64,000 nt of DNA from Phoronis australis (taxonomy: Eukaryota > Animalia > Phoronida): the NCBI GenBank assembly GCA_002633005.1, contig NMRA01000595.1, positions 34,423 to 98,422 on the forward strand. Direction: 5' to 3'. The position numbers were made by a program, and so were the translations under genes. Below are positions 63,501 through 64,000 of this stretch, piece after piece; position 1 is the first letter of the stretch; each line of letters begins with the position of its first letter. The notes beneath the pieces are model-generated. The model saw nothing but the letters and a program-made list of their open reading frames with translations, made no database searches and was not told where the DNA came from.

Positions 63501-63977
63501 TCATGTTATTCGGTCGGTGAATTGTGTCAGATAGTGAAAAATGACAGATAATTGCAATGAAATGTGTTATTTGTTTTACAAGCGCTGAAAAACTCTTTGG
63601 CTTCAAAGTACATTTCACGACGGTTGTATATGGATTTAAAGTTAGATTATAATGTTGTATGAGTCATAGTGTTGTAGTGTAATGTATCGAAATATGTTTG
63701 AGTCTCATTTCTGTAGACAAACTGTTTCTGCTTCTACAGTCCAACCAAGCTTTGGTCACTAACCAGACAACAGCGGAGAAAGTGAGGAATTCTCAGCAAG
63801 TCACAGGCCAGCTTACAAACGATGTAGTGGCACTGCTCGGCCAATCAGAAAGGGTTTTACAAAATGCCCAGACTGCACATGCTCAGGCTGAGGCAGCCAG
63901 CCAATTAGAAGCTGACACATTCAGAAGGGCAGAAGAAATGTTGTTAGTAATGAAGGAGTTTGATCAACAATCAACAG
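39346..63977 (+). CDS. Laminin chain with hybrid beta/gamma architecture (SP-LN-LE-LF/IVB-LE-L4/IVA-LE-coiled coil), 3'-partial
   Basis: 24 exons join in frame with GT-AG sites; signal peptide [22 protein letters not shown]; LN motifs TWWQS and [19 protein letters not shown]; many 8-Cys LE repeats; IDSLVILP (LF); [13 protein letters not shown] and VEQCAC (L4); CDACYQLV then heptad-rich sequence. Confidence 0.93.
39752..39813 (-). mobile_element. Degenerate tRNA-derived SINE head
   Basis: Minus strand has an A-box-like TGGCTCAGTGG and a B-box-like GAGTTCAAAGCC; no complete cloverleaf. Confidence 0.4.
40642..41060 (+). CDS. Laminin exon 2 (LN domain)
   Basis: [15 protein letters not shown]...TTWWQS...[20 protein letters not shown]; AG|gtaagg. 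Confidence 0.92.
41867..42076 (+). CDS. Laminin exon 3 (LN end)
   Basis: ...[11 protein letters not shown]...[11 protein letters not shown]; phase 2-2. Confidence 0.9.
42705..42877 (+). CDS. Laminin exon 4 (LE1)
   Basis: [35 protein letters not shown]. Confidence 0.93.
43874..43959. repeat. 38-bp tandem repeat (about 2.3 copies) with an internal palindrome
   Basis: tgtactgtatggctgtagtatacagtacagtcactgct repeated. Confidence 0.8.
44391..44558 (+). CDS. Laminin exon 5 (LE2)
   Basis: [35 protein letters not shown]. Confidence 0.93.
45048..45227 (+). CDS. Laminin exon 6 (LE3)
   Basis: [30 protein letters not shown]. Confidence 0.92.
45762..45910 (+). CDS. Laminin exon 7 (LE4)
   Basis: [35 protein letters not shown]. 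Confidence 0.92.
46483..46778 (+). CDS. Laminin exon 8 (truncated LE5 + LF start)
   Basis: [45 protein letters not shown]. Confidence 0.9.
47268..47455 (+). CDS. Laminin exon 9 (LF/IV-B)
   Basis: tttcag|T ACA TTC ATG..CCT G|gtgagt; [15 protein letters not shown]... Confidence 0.82.
47757..47918 (+). CDS. Laminin exon 10 (LF/IV-B)
   Basis: [28 protein letters not shown]. Confidence 0.88.
49150..49287 (+). CDS. Laminin exon 11 (LF end)
   Basis: [28 protein letters not shown]; phase 1-1. Confidence 0.88.
49763..50265. mobile_element. MITE with CAGGGCTTGGAAT TIRs and 6-bp TSD (hAT-like)
   Basis: atcaaa|CAGGGCTTGGAAT ... ATTCCAAGCCCTG|atcaaa; subterminal ttccgc repeats. Confidence 0.8.
50403..50549 (+). 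CDS. Laminin exon 12 (LE)
   Basis: [39 protein letters not shown]. Confidence 0.93.
51185..51301 (+). CDS. Laminin exon 13 (LE, first half)
   Basis: [38 protein letters not shown]. Confidence 0.9.
51653..51860 (+). CDS. Laminin exon 14 (LE)
   Basis: [45 protein letters not shown]. Confidence 0.92.
52893..53126 (+). CDS. Laminin exon 15 (LE + entry to L4)
   Basis: [46 protein letters not shown]. Confidence 0.93.
53769..54058 (+). CDS. Laminin exon 16 (L4/IV-A)
   Basis: [32 protein letters not shown]. Confidence 0.88.
54538..54699 (+). CDS. Laminin exon 17 (L4 end)
   Basis: [24 protein letters not shown]. Confidence 0.9.
55018..55130. repeat. Imperfect (CAA/CAG)n microsatellite in a laminin intron
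   Basis: Direct reading. Confidence 0.8.
55168..55428 (+). CDS. Laminin exon 18 (LE)
   Basis: [46 protein letters not shown]. Confidence 0.92.
58440..58580 (+). CDS. Laminin exon 19 (last LE)
   Basis: [45 protein letters not shown]. Confidence 0.93.
58933..59108 (+). CDS. Laminin exon 20 (coiled-coil start)
   Basis: [23 protein letters not shown]... Confidence 0.9.
59268..59538. mobile_element. Truncated left end of a TA-target Tc1/mariner-pogo-like element
   Basis: ta|CCGTATTCGCCGTAATAACCGCCC..taagcgccc repeats; absent from the duplicate flank 59540-59679; cut by N at 59539. Confidence 0.6.
60454..60670 (+). CDS. Laminin exon 21 (coiled coil)
   Basis: [25 protein letters not shown]..; phase 0-1. 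Confidence 0.85.
61209..61390 (+). CDS. Laminin exon 22 (coiled coil)
   Basis: [23 protein letters not shown]..; phase 1-0. Confidence 0.85.
61959..62222 (+). CDS. Laminin exon 23 (coiled coil)
   Basis: [23 protein letters not shown]; phase 0-0. Confidence 0.85.
63740..63977 (+). CDS. Laminin exon 24 (coiled coil; gene continues beyond window)
   Basis: ctacag|TCC AAC CAA..ACA G|gtaac. Confidence 0.85.
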
Positions 63978-64000
63978 GTAACATTTTGTAGACTTTATTG

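Noticed and set aside
39346-63977. Usherin (tempting next to whirlin) or netrin
   Set aside because: Has LF and L4 domains and a coiled coil; no N-terminal LamG-like, FN3 or NTR/C345C domain seen

Overview
AT-rich, intron-rich animal genomic DNA (probably a marine invertebrate; inferred from gene content only) from a draft assembly, with one N gap (10791-11008) and four single-N joins. It contains four protein-coding genes. (1) A partial whirlin (WHRN/DFNB31) orthologue on + (7265-22975), missing its 5' end and its PDZ2-HHD2 exons. (2) A complete 4-exon TSEN15 on - (32562-29029). (3) An intronless RING-H2 (CPVD variant, ZSWIM2-C-terminus-like) gene on +, head-to-head with TSEN15. (4) A large laminin gene on + (39346 to beyond the window end; at least 24 exons reconstructed by splice phase). 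The laminin is the highlight: its N-terminal half is beta-type (truncated LE5 plus LF/IV-B domain) and its C-terminal half is gamma-type (L4/IV-A domain plus a CxxCYxLV coiled-coil entry), making it a beta/gamma hybrid chain. The non-coding DNA holds a Kolobok-like TTAA element beside the TSEN15 3' end, a CAG-terminus MITE with a 6-bp TSD, other MITEs and 22-bp minisatellites. Three N-joined apparent duplications look like uncollapsed haplotypes that differ by transposon insertions. No prokaryotic features, CRISPR arrays, rRNA or bona fide tRNA genes were seen.
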